Source: Octopus sinensis (Eukaryota). Taken from it: a stretch of DNA of 64,000 nt. Both the position numbers and the translations under genes were made by a program. Where the stretch lies: NCBI RefSeq assembly GCF_006345805.1, contig NC_043006.1, positions 55,800,001 through 55,864,000 of the forward strand, written 5' to 3'. This document shows, piece by piece, positions 1 to 13,989 of the stretch (positions are counted from its first letter, which is position 1; each line of letters starts with the position of its first letter). The notes under the pieces are model-generated. The model worked only from the letters and a program-made list of their open reading frames with translations, did not search any database and was not told the origin of the DNA.

Positions 1-455
<455 letters not shown>

Positions 456-501
456 CGTCTGTCTTTGTGATTATTTTTGAATCTGTCCATTCATCAGTCC
501 G

Positions 502-533
<32 letters not shown>

Positions 534-969
534 TACCACGATTTCTCATCGTTCTAACGTATGCATTCAATGGTCAGTTGGGTGTTGCTCTGAGTAAAGT
601 CGGGGATCAATCAGGCATTAAGATTTTTGCTAGTCAAATCAATTTACTATACCAAAATCTCACAGGTACTGTAATCAAGAAAATGTTAAAGTCACAAAAA
701 ATATTGCATATGCAGACAATGACATAGCTAGAGCGGGTGCCTCGGGGCTTGTTGCTACTGCTCCACACCATCTATACAGGCCGTTATAGTAGACTCAAAT
801 ATGCTTTCCTCATAAGAGTGTTGCCCATTTACCCCTTCCCAACTACGCTGCTCTTTACAAACACCGTCAACATTTTCTGTCAGTAGTTTGTGATATAGAA
901 TGTATACAGAAAAAAAAAACTTCTAAGATCTCAAGTGCATTTTGATCTAATAAATATTTCTTATTTTTC

Positions 970-1900
970 TATATCTCTCTTTATCTCGCAACAGTGTTGG
1001 AAGTTGCCTTCGTTGAAGTTGGATTGGTGATTTACATCCAGATGCAGCGTGATGCTGATATGTTCAATACTACACGGTATCTAGCAAAGACGCGTACTTC
1101 GAAGGCCCTAGAGTGAGAGATGCTGTTTGCTGATGATAGTGCGGCGGTTGCCCACAACGCCGAAGATTTTCAGAAACTGGTAGAAAATTTTACCGGAGCT
1201 GAATAGCAGTTCAGCTTAAAGTTTAATATCAGAAAAATCGAATGCCTTTACCAACCTGTGGAGAATTTAGCTGCTCCTGTAACAGAAGAAAACATCACAT
1301 TTAAACATGAAAGGCTGGCCCAGTACAAAGTATTCAAATATCTAGGCAGTACCATCTCAGATAATGCATAACTGGGCCAGGAAATCACGAACAGAATGAG
1401 CAGAGCTAGTACTTCATTTGGCAAGCAGCAGAAGAAAAATAGGCATGTTTCTATACGTGTCAAATGCAAGGTATACCAGATTATAATGCTTTCTTCCCTA
1501 CTGTGTGGAGTTGGACTTGGAGAGTCTACAAACCTCGTGTAGACAAGTTACAGGCATATGCCATGAGACGGTTACTATGAATTATAAATAATGCTCTTTT
1601 TAACAGGATCACGAATGAAGAGATCCTAAGAAGCGTGCTGGTCTGCTTCTTACGATGGAAATCGTGATTGATAGAAATTTACGTTGGTTGGGTCACGTAC
1701 ACAGGACAGACAATGACACACCCCACACTCCCCAGACAAATCTTTTACTTCCAATTATGCAAGGCGAAAAGATACCGTGGAAAACCTAGAGAGATTCAAA
1801 GATACTGCAAAATATAGTATGAAGTTGAATTGATCAGAATAAATGGCATACTCAAACGAAAGACCAGCCAGTATGAAGAAAACGTATCAAGTCATGCCAA
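970..1900 (+). mobile_element. Degraded RTE-clade LINE (RT and C-terminal region)
   Basis: Translates IYIQ..DADMFN...EMLFADDSA...NIRKIECLYQP...FKYLGSTIS...RMSRASTSFG...LRWLGHVHR, with stops and frameshifts. Confidence 0.85.
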
Positions 1901-2276
1901 AGCCACGAATAGTCATAGTTGCGACAATTGACTGCAGATAATATTTCAATACTGACTTACCTTTTCTTACGTAATTCTTTCTCGAATAAGTACCTATATT
2001 TCAATTAAACAAAATATTTCTGATTCTGGGCATAAAGCGGTTACTGTACTAGTGCGTGTGTATTTATATATATAAATAACCTTTATCATTTACTTGTTTC
2101 AATTCCATTAGACTGTGGCCTTGAAGAATCCTTTTAAAGCCTGATGCATATTCTATCGATCACTTTCACTGAACTACTAAGTTAAGGAGATATAAACACA
2201 GCAACACCAATTGTCAAGCAGTGGTGGGGTACAAACACGGACAAAGATACACTCAGACTTTATATACATACATACA

Positions 2277-2355
<79 letters not shown>

Positions 2356-2367
2356 TTAACTACCTAC

Positions 2368-2446
<79 letters not shown>

Positions 2447-2799
2447 CATTTTATACCACCATTTCATCTATTTGGATTACCGCTTTACATTCACCATGTG
2501 CATATTTTAATATCCTCACTGATTTTAATACAGGCATACAAACTCGCAAGTACATTTGTGTATTTATATACTAATACATTTATATGTTTTTATATTATAT
2601 CATGCATATATGAGTGCACCTATGTATGCTGTGAAGTATTCTAATGCTTTGAAATATATTGAGTGATTAAAAACATTGACCTTTGAAATTTGTTCTCTCT
2701 TTCTTGACTTTATATTCCTGATGCTCTATTAGTGCGCTAATTAGTCGTGCTGTATAAGGGGATAATTATTCTATATATTACTTCTTTAACACTACGTTT

Positions 2800-4290
2800 T
2801 TGTGTGGATCAAAGGGGACCGTTGTATGACGTAAATTAAGTGTACGAAGTATACAATTAATCGCCTCTACATGGATGATCTGAGGTTTTCACAAACGATG
2901 GTCAACAACTGGAACGACTTCTAACTGTAAGACAAATAACTGACGAAATTGAAAAGGAGTCGGCCTTGATAAATGTTCTAAAAACCATATTATTCAAGAA
3001 AAAACTCCTGAAAACGAACAGCATACAGATAGAAAAATCTATCATCAAGGAAATATATCCTGGAAATTAGAAATATATAGGTGTGAAGGGGATGGTATCC
3101 AGCACTCATAAACGCGCGAAAAACTATGTAAATGATGTTATAGTTGAGCTAGAGCTATCCTAAACAGCGAACTTAATGTGAGGAACAGGACCCTAACTAT
3201 ACCTGTTGTGACCTGAAGCCGTGACCTAATGAAGTGATTCATCAACGAGATCAGTGAAATTGATACAAAAATACACAAGTTTCTCAAAATGTACCACATG
3301 CACACCCAAAGTCAACTGTAGGTAGGGTATACATCCCACGAATGGATAAAGGACGTGAAGTGATGCAGCTACATTTTTCTCTAAAAACAGCAACTCTAGT
3401 GGGGTAGTCACCTATCTAAAGTACCGAAAGAACTGTATTCAATATTAGAAGCAAAGGAATATGTAAATAAATTAAAGATCAACGAGACTGAGACGCAGCT
3501 GGTTAAACAAAAGAATCCATAATGATAGTAAAATTGATATACATCCCACGAAAGTGATTGTAAATTTGATAAAAACACAAGCAAAATCAAATGGCATCTC
3601 ATAGCTGCAAAGTAGATGGAAAAGTAAGGCGTTGTAAGGGAAATACCATACAAGGACTAGCGATACTGATGTTGATACAAATATGGCCCATCCATGTTGA
3701 TTGCATCTAGACTTAAATCGGAAATAGAGGGATTCATTTTCGCAGCTGAGGATCAGAATCTGCCCATTATTCTTTAAAATGGTTCTCACCCTGCCTGCTG
3801 CTTTTCTGGGGGCAAGCAGAGAAACAACTGGCCACTTCATCTCTGGATGCCTTGTTAATCACCATGATAGACTTGGATCATACGTGAGTCTGGACTCGCG
3901 TATGAGAAGAACTGGTGGGAACGATACCACCAGTTATTTGGGACTTCAGTATTCAAATTGATCGAGTTATTCGGGATAATAGACCAGATATTGTGGTAAA
4001 AAATCACGTTGGCAAAACGTATCTGCTCATAGATATGTCAATCGATGGGGATTGTAGCACTTCTGTAAAAATATTTCAAATGTTACGAAAAGATAAGGAC
4101 CTTGAGATGGATGTCTTAAAAATATGTTATCTAAGAGCAAAAACTGTACCTGTGATCATCTGAGCTTTGGGGACAATATCAAATGGCATTCTCAAAGACT
4201 TTGGTTAAATACCATGAAACCCAAAAGTATCAGAACCACAAAAAATTGTTCTCGTGGCTACATCCCGTATCTTAAGAAACACATTGTTAA
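2800..4290 (+). mobile_element. Degraded R4/Dong-type LINE (RT and restriction-like endonuclease)
   Basis: LYMDDL near 2866, EGFIFAAEDQ, HFISGC, and RDNRPDIVV..LLIDMSI (ORF 3915-4163). Confidence 0.8.
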
Positions 4291-4472
4291 CACGCGGTAC
4301 ACACGTTACACACCTTCCTTCCTGCTGTAAACAGCGGCGGTTAACTAGAACGTTAAAACTTCGTGCGGATGCGCAGCAGATTTTAATGTCAATTTTAGCC
4401 AAGCGGCTTTTCTCTGCGTGATTTAGCTTTGTTACCATGGCAACAATCTGGACACTTATAGATCAAACCACG

Positions 4473-4505
<33 letters not shown>

Positions 4506-4940
4506 ATATATATATATAACTTACTTGGAGAAGAAGACGATGCGTGCGTTCGGTCATATAATAACAATTTAAAAGAATCTTATTTAATTTTTTCGCGGGA
4601 AGGATTGTTTCAGCGTAGCCGTGTTCTGCCCTTACCTTCGAAACACGCATTGAGTCGAAACAGGGGCAGCTGAAGAAGGGGAATGTTCCCTCTGTTATTT
4701 GTCTTGTACTCTGTTTTTTCGTTGTTAAAGTCCGTTTCCTTGTTTTGTTTCTATGTTTTCGTTTCTCGGTGTGTTCTACGTATATTTGTGGTGTCCTGTA
4801 CTCATATATGCATGTATATATACATATAGATGTAGGTATGTACATATATGTATGTATGTATGCATATGTTTTATTTATTAAATTGTTATATATGTATATA
4901 TATATATATATATGTGTGTGTGTATGTATGTATGTATCTA

Positions 4941-4995
<55 letters not shown>

Positions 4996-5128
4996 GTATG
5001 TATGTATGTATGTACGTATGTATGTATTCACATACGAACATGGTTGTATGTATTCATGTACATTAGTAGATATATGACAGATAAAGGACAAAAGAATTAC
5101 TAGAATGAAATATGCTAAAAACGGTTAC

Positions 5129-5313
5129 CTGGACATTTATGATCCGTTAGGCCGGGGAAGAAATCTGACCAAAAGCCGCATATATTGTTCATGTAATTCT
5201 CCCTAGTCTCAAGTGTTGGTTTGTCGTCAATCACAAGATATTTTTGGTTTCGGGGTGTGAATTCTGGCCATGGTTCATTTGAGCAATCAGAACATTCTCC
5301 ATTATTGGGATTA
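5129..5313 (-). CDS. ACHE: Cholinesterase second coding exon
   Basis: Reverse strand reads ttttcattttctctag|T AAT CCC AAT ... CCA G|gtaacc. The 185-nt exon matches the phase of the upstream donor (GG|T = Gly). It translates (G)NPNNGECSDCSNEPWPEFTPRNQKYLVIDDKPTLETRENYMNNICGFWSDFFPGLTDHKCP, which contains the cholinesterase NPN, WPxF, KYLxI and CxFW motifs. Confidence 0.93.
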
Positions 5314-5634
5314 CTAGAGAAAATGAAAATAAAAATACAAAATAAAATAAATATTTAAGGCAATTAAAGGGTAATTAGGAACTCCTCTCACCAATTTCGA
5401 AGAGTTTATGAAGGATCATGTGCACTGCTTTCCCTGATGGGCAAAAGACTGTTTTTGATGTATGTGTATGTGAGTAGTGTGTATTATACAAAGAATGCGT
5501 TGACATCCTTATTTAACCCACTGTAAGGTCTCATTATGTTTATATTGTTATAATCCTTCTGATTTACGCAGTGCCGTGTGTAAGTAGATATTTCAGGCGC
5601 GCACATTACACGAACACACACACACACACACACA

Positions 5635-5692
<58 letters not shown>

Positions 5693-6068
5693 ACACACAC
5701 ACACATGCGTATACGTATATAGTGGAATAATAAAAGAGTTCTTGGTACAGTATGATATATTTGAAAAAATGAGTAGAGATAGATTTTGGTGGGGTGGGGG
5801 ATCATTTTTATTTTAATGATGATGTTTACAGTTACTCTTAGTTTCGAGTTTTTCGAAATTCATTTTCAAACTGAAATTCTGTGGTTTAGAAGATTGTTTA
5901 TATAGCAAAATATTTTTTTCTTACAAGTATACAAATAGAAAATAAAAATAGAAAATAAAAGACCGAAAAAAAATTAAAATAAAGAGTATACTCTATATTT
6001 TTTTCTATCTTCACTTTCTATTTCATGTCTTCTCTAGAATAACTATTGCTTAACCATTTTCTCACATC

Positions 6069-6116
6069 GTCTCCGATGAAGGGATATATAAGATATCCCG
6101 AAAACAGCTGTAAGAC
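6069..6116 (+). ncRNA. Minimal hammerhead motif in a probable PLE pLTR fragment (~5990-6330)
   Basis: gtct CCGATGA a gggatat-ataag-atatccc GAAA ACAGCT GTA agac: stems I and II, palindromic ACAGCTGT stem III, GUA triplet. There is one extra A after GAAA. Confidence 0.7.
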
Positions 6117-6356
6117 CTTTTTTTTATAAATGTTCTGAAATCTTTCACAGCCTTGGATTTTTATCTCATTCTGTTAACTTTTTTATAAATATGCATGCTG
6201 ATATATGACCTACGTTGCACTCCTCATTCGCATAATCACCGAACCTGAAGCTTAACTATAGTCTGTCCATAGCACTTACTCAGCATTACCTGATATCTTT
6301 GGGTCTTTGCCACACCATTACCTCTCATAACTTATATATATATATATATAGATATA

Positions 6357-6432
<76 letters not shown>

Positions 6433-6672
6433 AACTAAAACAAGAACATTTAGAAGACGACACAAAAAAAAAAACACGACGGGACATTCGAAGCCCTCAA
6501 TCATCAGTCAAGAGCCGGATCATCTTCGCAATTTCGGCTGATTAATCTTGAGATTGCTCCGATCTGGGCAGCCTCCAAGGGAAATCTAAGCCAAGCGCAT
6601 TAGATACCTTGGAAGAAAGCCTCACATGGTCAGATACATTCACTTACCTATGCACATATATACACATTGATA

Positions 6673-6727
<55 letters not shown>

Positions 6728-7140
6728 AGTAATAATAATAATAATAATAATAACAATTAAGGTGGCTAGACGCAATTCAAAGCCAAAAAGGAAATAATTC
6801 ACCGTCACTAAAAAGTAATAAAGTGTGCTGGGAGTACCAACATTGCTAGAAATTATAGTCAAAGACACTTTAGCCATAGAAGCATATGTTCTATCTACTG
6901 ACAAAGGAGATAACCTTGTCAGTAAATATTCAGCTTCTGATTCCTATGGTAAATTCTATATAAACTGATAAGGTACATTTAGCTTCACCACCCGCAATAG
7001 AGTAAGCATTACTAATGAATATTAATTTCCATGCGAAATTGGCATCCCAATCTAATGCCACTCGCTTACGGTGGGGAGGTTATCTCCCTTGTTAGTAAAT
7101 AAAGCATTTGTTTTCGTGGATAAAGATTTTTTTACATACA

Positions 7141-7252
<112 letters not shown>

Positions 7253-8811
7253 TAGATCATAAAACGAGGGATCGGTACTTGGTGGGTCGGAACATTTGCA
7301 TACTCGTATATTCCATCTTCCGTTTCTCATTAACTATATATATATTATACATTTATATATATATACATACATTTGTGTATGTGTGTGTGTGTATGTGTGT
7401 GTGTGTGTACGTGTGTGTGTGTGTGTGTGTGTGTGTGTACATACCACATCTTTCTTAATTTAGTGCTAGTTCGAATATCGGTAAGGTTTTATAGAAATTT
7501 TCTCTAAACACCATGTTATTTCTCAGAATTAATAATCAGAAACGAGAATGCATTTTCTTCATTTATATCAAAACAGAATTTGAGTGACGGAAATTGAATT
7601 GAATAGAACAGAACAGGTATAATCGAATTATATAGTTTTTCATCACACGTTTTTTTCCAGTTGACACCACAAAGGACATTTTAAACAAGGAAGATTTTTT
7701 TCTTGTCACACTATTTGGCTGGTGAAGATATCAAAGAAGCCTCTCATGTTCACATCTAATAAACGAAGTTTAATTTTTTTTTCTAGGCTGTCGTGTTATA
7801 TACGCTGTTCTTTCGTATTTTAGGAGAAAATAACGAAAATTATTTCAAATTTGAAGAAGTCCCCCGTTTCATTTCGGACAGGCGTATTTCATTTACGAAT
7901 TCTGTAGTGTGTATGCCCGCGCGCGCGTGTGTATCCGTGCTTGTGTGTGTGTGTGTGCTTGTGTGTTATGTATGTTATGCTTACAGGACAATGTGGGATC
8001 TTGTATGTGCAGCCTATATGCTAGATACAGCAGTTACATCATCCTAGCTGCATTATTATATGAGAAAAGTAGACAGTCTTGTCATAGATTCACAGTTGAA
8101 CTGCTTTGATCATAAGTTTGCTCGCTCAGAAATTATCTACAATAACTACAACAACAGCACTAGCAATAGTAACAAGTATAACAACAACTTTATTTGACCT
8201 TCGGAAGATTCCAGCTGTAAAGATAATATTTGAAAATATAGCCGTTCTTTAATCTTGTACCAAATAAATACAAAATTCAATGAATTCCATTTATGTCAAA
8301 CATTTTGGAAATACAAAATTATACAGCGGGCTGTATCATTTTTTAAGGCGGCTGGCAGTGATTTGTGAGAATTTGTCTAATTGGTTGTATGGCTATGACA
8401 CAATTCTCGGAAAGGGATATATATATAAATTTGTAATGCAAAGGAGACAACTCTAAAATATTTTACAAGAGTTTTTTCCCTTATTAAGGCTCTACTCGAT
8501 ATACTTTCACAAATGCTTTAATTGTATCAAATGTTGCTTTGGATTTTATTGACCACAATTTTGCTGATATTTTGGCATTTAGAGAGTTTAGACCTCCACG
8601 ATGTGAAGAAAATGTCGATTGCACTAAACCAGTATGGAAGATATCACTCATGTAATCAACAGGTACGGATGAAAGGGTTTTGTTTTTCTGATGGATATGC
8701 CAAAAACAAACCAGAATCAGAATATTTCTATAACTTTAAAAATAAAGAATAAAAATAAAATATTCCAATAAAAACAGCAATCTGGTGTAAGCACAATACG
8801 ACAGATATTAA

Positions 8812-9215
8812 GGCCGCGAACTGGCAGAAACGTTAGCACACCGGGCAAAATGCTTAGCGGTATTTCGTCTGCCGCTACGTTCTGAGTTCAAATTCCGCCG
8901 AGGTCGACTTTGCCTTTCATCCTTTCGGGGTCGATTAAATAAGTACGAGTTACGCACTGGGGTCGATATAATCGACATAATCCGTTTGTCTGTCCTTGTT
9001 TGTCCCCTCTGTGCTTAGCCCCTTGTGGGTAGTAAAGAAATAGGTATTTTGTCTGACTTTATGTTCTGAGTTCAAATTCCGCCGAGGTCGACTTTGCCTT
9101 TCATCCTTTCGGGGTCGATTACATAAGTACCAGCTATGCACTGGGATCGATATAATCGACGTAGTCCGTATGTCTGTCCTTGTTTGTCCCCTCTGTGTGG
9201 GTAGTAAAGAAATAA
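8812..9215 (+). mobile_element. SINE family A (tRNA-like head), internally duplicated
   Basis: tggcagaaacgttagc ... gagttcaaattccgccgaggtcgactttgcctttcatcctttcggggtcga occurs twice; tail tgtgggtagtaaagaaata. Confidence 0.9.
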
Positions 9216-9989
9216 GACAGATATTGTTCGTTGGGACTGGAAAAAAGGTTTCGCACTGTTATAGTTATCAGCTGGTTGGCGGACATAAATGTCTCTTGAG
9301 AAATTGTGGGAAAGGAGAACTGCTGTAGAGAACTAAAGAGAAACGTACAACACTTACGTCTCGACGAAAGATGTTGTGCTTGAATTTTATTCCTCACATT
9401 TTCGTTTTATATTTTGCTACATAGAGTCAGGATTAGAGTCTCTACGAAAGAGACAGGTTTAAAATCTATTGGATCTGTTACGTCAGGAAGTAGATTACGT
9501 CAGTAATGTGATATGAAAATGCAATAAACTTATATGCCACCGAGTTACTACCGCGTACTATGGTATCTTTATTGAAGTACAGACTACTTCATCACCAACC
9601 TTTGAATGGTATAACATCATTACTTAGTTCTTAGTATTGGTTTGGACTTCACTCCAGACTCCCCGCCCCTTGAGTGGCATATAACGTCGATTTTCCGGAA
9701 TCTTTAGTCCCAAACCTTTCCCCGATTACTGACTTTTCTGAACGTGGGTAGTCTAATCTAAATTAAATATCAAATGTATTTAAATAATTAAAAGAAATAC
9801 AGATACCCAAATACCTGGACACTACTATAAATGATATCTGTTTATCAATATTGCACTGTGTAAGGTACGAATCTGTGCAAGGTACCAGTAAACTAGTCGA
9901 GCGGATAAGGGAATTTGATGTTGCTTGTTAATAAGTGCGGATTACGTCTCGGTATTAATACGGCTTCTTTCTTTAACAATTATTTTAAA

Positions 9990-10298
9990 CAAGCATACTA
10001 TCTTGGAAAAGTCTAAACCACACGTACACTTGTGTGCGGCATATACACTCCTCTCCATACACTTTTTGCAACTTTGCGTAGGTCTCTGAGAAAGTATCGC
10101 CATGACAGCTGTTTCTGTGATAGTGAATGTGATGATCACACGCTACACACTTTCCTTCCAAGCACTGCTGTAAAGAGAGGAAATTAGCTAGAACGTTAAA
10201 ACTTAAGGCTAAGGTCAAACTGTGCCCAGCCGCTTCATTCTGCGTGCTTTAGCTTCGTTACTCTAGCAACAATCCGAATACTTTTTGATCAGACCATA
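9990..10298 (-). mobile_element. Mariner 5' fragment (TIR and HTH); related non-coding piece at ~4330-4473
   Basis: GDTFSETYAKLQKVYGEECICRTQVYVWFRLF; terminus tatggtctgatcaaaaagtattcgga. Confidence 0.75.
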
Positions 10299-10395
10299 TA
10301 TATATGTATGTGTGTGTATGTGTGCGTATGTGTGTGTGTGAGTGAGTGTGTGTGTGTATGTGTGTGTATGTATGTATGTATGTATGTATGTATGT

Positions 10396-10810
10396 ATAGG
10401 GGTTGGACAAAAAAAGGAAGCACCTTAAAATTTCAAACATTTATTTTAATATAGGGTAGGACTGCCTTTGGCAGTAGATACAGCTTGAATTCTACGAGGT
10501 ATGGACCCGTAGAAAGGTTGAACAGTATCCAGTTCTTGGATACAATTGTGATGATAGTGGAGGATATCAACTTTTTACTTGTGATTCTAAACTGCACCAT
10601 AACTGTTCAATAATATTGAGATCTGGGGACTGTGGGGGCCAGATAAGATGTTCAACTTCCCTAGAATATTCCTCGTGCCATTTAGTAACAAATTCAATTT
10701 CCCTCCGAAAACAGTTCCTCAATAATAGGATGAATTTGATCAGATAAAATTCTTAAATAGTCTTCACTGTTAATTCTGGCTTGAAGGAAAACCATTGGAC
10801 CGGCAAATTT
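10396..10810 (-). mobile_element. Tc1-like transposon 3' fragment
   Basis: Reverse strand HLIWPPQSPDLNIIEQLW; TIR-like end ggggttggacaaaaaaaggaagcacc. Confidence 0.8.
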
Positions 10811-10950
10811 CCAAGATATAACTTCTCAGATCATCACAGGGTAACGAAGCTAAATGTTCAGTTAAATGGAGTCACACGAAACGATCGCACTGCATTACCT
10901 CTGGATATCCCTGTTGCTTATTTTGATTATATATATATGTATACACACAC

Positions 10951-11008
<58 letters not shown>

Positions 11009-11029
11009 CATTCACACATATATATATAT

Positions 11030-11061
<32 letters not shown>

Positions 11062-11286
11062 ATGTATATATGTAGTAATGATAATGATAATCCATGGAAG
11101 GAATTTATAAATATTTTAATGCATCGAGGCGCACGTCTCTACAAATCACGTTTCTTACTGTCATATTCCGTATACCTAGGATGATTACAGTGCAATCAAT
11201 AATATCCATGGACATCGGATGGATCATAGTTCATGCATTCAATTCATCAGGCGATATGACATTAAAGGAAGCAACGAATGTATAGT

Positions 11287-11692
11287 GGCGCAGGAGTGGC
11301 TCTGTGGTAAGTAGCTTGTTACCAACCACATGGTTCCGGGTTCATTTCCACTGCGTGGCACCTTGGAGAAGTGTCTTCTACTATAGCCTCGGGCCGACCA
11401 AAGCCTTGTGAGTGCAGTTGGTAGACGGAAACTGAAAGAAGCACGTCGTATATATGTGTATATATCTATGTGTGTGTGTGCATATATTTGTGTGTCTGTG
11501 TTTGTTCCCCCAATATCGCTTGACAACCGATGCTGGTGCGTTTACATCCCCATAAATTAGCGGTTCGGCAAAAGATACAGATAGAATAAGTACTAGGATT
11601 ACAAAGAATAAGTCCTTGGGTCGATTTGCTCGAATAAGGCCGGTGCTCCAGCATGGCCGCAGTCAAATGACTGAAACAAGTAAAAGAGTGAA
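11287..11692 (+). mobile_element. SINE family B, full length
   Basis: ggcgcaggagtggct.tgtggtaag (A box) ... ggttccgggttca (B box) ... ccagcatggccgcagtcaaatgactgaaacaagtaaaagag. Confidence 0.9.
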
Positions 11693-12740
11693 GAGTGTAT
11701 ATAAGCCGTTAAAACTTGGTGCGTATGCATAGCGGAGTTCAAGTTCAATCTGTGCCGAGCGGTTTCACTCTCTGTGTTTCTATGATTGCTCTAATTCTTT
11801 CCTTGGTATCTACACTCGTTACTGGTATAACAGTTTTTACAAAAGTTTACGATCCGTTACTGCCATACTTGTTCTGACTGCTTTTGATCCTTATTATTCT
11901 GTATCTCATCGTTTCACGGTGTTAATGACAAAAGATTTATCATCCAGAAGTGGGAAGAAACAATTACATCGCTCTTTGTTTCAGGTATTATCAACAACTG
12001 AAGTTCAGCTACCATACTAAAGCAGTTGACCTTCGTAGTCCACCTTCCCACGATCCATCAAATTCGAAAATCCTGAATTAGTCTCTTATTGTGCTGGCGA
12101 TGGAGAATTGAGCACTGTAATTTTTAACCTGCAGTTGACCACCAGATCTTTTAATTCTTAATTGCAGATGCAATTAACTACTGCAAAGACTGTGACTCAC
12201 CATGATCCTAGCTTGCAGACTGGTATTGGTTAGAAGAGGAAGAAAGTAAGACCATTTTCCATTTTAAGAAGAAAAGTATACGATACTATGTTCGGACAAT
12301 AAAATTTTATATCCATCTCAACATAGTTGTTATGTTAGAACACCGATTAGACTTGTGATCCACTCATATAAACGCTTGGTGCATAAAAGTAAGTTCCTTT
12401 ATGAGAGGATCTCTGAAGGCTAACAAAGCAGTATTCGGTGTTCTATGGTAAGTTGTCGTTTGATATTAAGACTGCTTCCGTCATTAGTAATCAATAAAAC
12501 GCTCTTTTATTTTCTTTTATTTGTTTTAGTCATTTGACTGTGGCCATGCTGGAGCACCTCCTTTAGTCGATCAAATCGACTCTAGGACTTGTTCTTTTGT
12601 AAGCCTAGTACTTTTCTTATCGGTCCTTTTGCCGAATCGCTCATAAACACACCAACATCGGTTGTCAAGCGATGGTGGGGGATATATAGCAGAATAATAA
12701 GCTGGCTGCTTGTTTCTCTGGAGACTGTCAGAATAATGTA

Positions 12741-12790
12741 GACATCTCTGATGAAAACCCAGTAAGGTTCGAAGATTGATTAAGGTTGCT
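12741..12790 (+). ncRNA. Degenerate hammerhead motif
   Basis: CTGATGA a aacc-cagtaa-ggtt c GAAG attgat TA. GAAA is mutated to GAAG. Confidence 0.35.
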
Positions 12791-12854
12791 CATCATATTT
12801 TTCAGTCTGCGGAGAAATGGTCAAAATTTGCCCTGTTTATAATTATACTATATG

Positions 12855-12906
<52 letters not shown>

Positions 12907-13869
12907 TGCATGTATCGCTAAATAGATTAGACAGCTGAAGACATCTTTCGATCTTCACTTGACCTTATCAGCTAACAATAATCTTAATTGCACTCACCAA
13001 ACTAATGGTAAATAAAGCACGAAGTAAATATACAAGAGTATAAATGCTTTGGTTGCTTAGGAAAATAGAATTTTACTAATATAATTCAGAGATAATATTT
13101 GCTTGAAAAAAAAAAGAGAAAAAAGACCCAACAGAACAATAGCTTAGATAGTGTTACCACATTTAATGCATGGAGCATTTAAAAGTTATCTGAAATTACA
13201 TATGTGGTGAGAAAAAAACAAAACTATCAATTAACGGTTAATTTTATTTTAGCATTTTCTGGGGCTATACGTGATGCAACTTGCAGCTCCATTTGGGCGT
13301 TACCTAAGCCAATGTTGGCCACCTTTTCCATATATGCCCCACCCTGTTCTATTCTCATTCACTGTAACCCAGTAAAAGACATGTACTTTCTAAAACGTTT
13401 GCCATCTGGAGTAATTATTCTACTAGCTATACAACTAATTCGGACTTTCCTGTCGATCTTACTGAAGTGTAGCACTGGCAATAGGGAAATCCTAAATAAA
13501 TAGCAACACGCTTTTATATTTTAAATGTCGAAAGCCAAAATTATTACTATTCAGAAAAAAAACTAAGCTTGTCACCTACAAAACTTTGCTATGGTTCACG
13601 TTGTTATTGGTGATTATATTTTTGTTCTTGTTTTGTTGTTTTGATTTTGTAACTATTTTTTGTTATAGTTCGACGTGGATCCCAAGTCCCAACCTAAATT
13701 TGGACGACTTTCACATTACTGATAACAATTATGAGTTCTAAAACAAGGGCAAAATAATGTCATAATTTTGCATTATTCTTATAAAAAGTATATATCAAAC
13801 GAAATGTTCAGGCTATATCTCACTTCCGTCTCATTAAGCAAAATAAATGTCGTTGTTCCCAAATTATAT

Positions 13870-13895
13870 ATGTACATACATACATACATACATAC

Positions 13896-13989
<94 letters not shown>

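Noticed and set aside
675-767. Minus-strand peptide [30 protein letters not shown]-stop resembling a GPI signal for the cholinesterase
   Set aside because: The best nearby acceptor (tatag) gives the wrong frame, and the in-frame AGs lack a polypyrimidine tract. Not supportable without transcript data.
11650-11690. SINE B tail agtc-aaat-gact-GAAAC-aa-GTA looks like half a hammerhead
   Set aside because: There is no CUGANGA-type core or stem I upstream; more likely a LINE-recognition stem-loop.
13204-13503. 99-aa ORF in non-repetitive sequence
   Set aside because: No recognisable motif on either strand and a non-ATG start.
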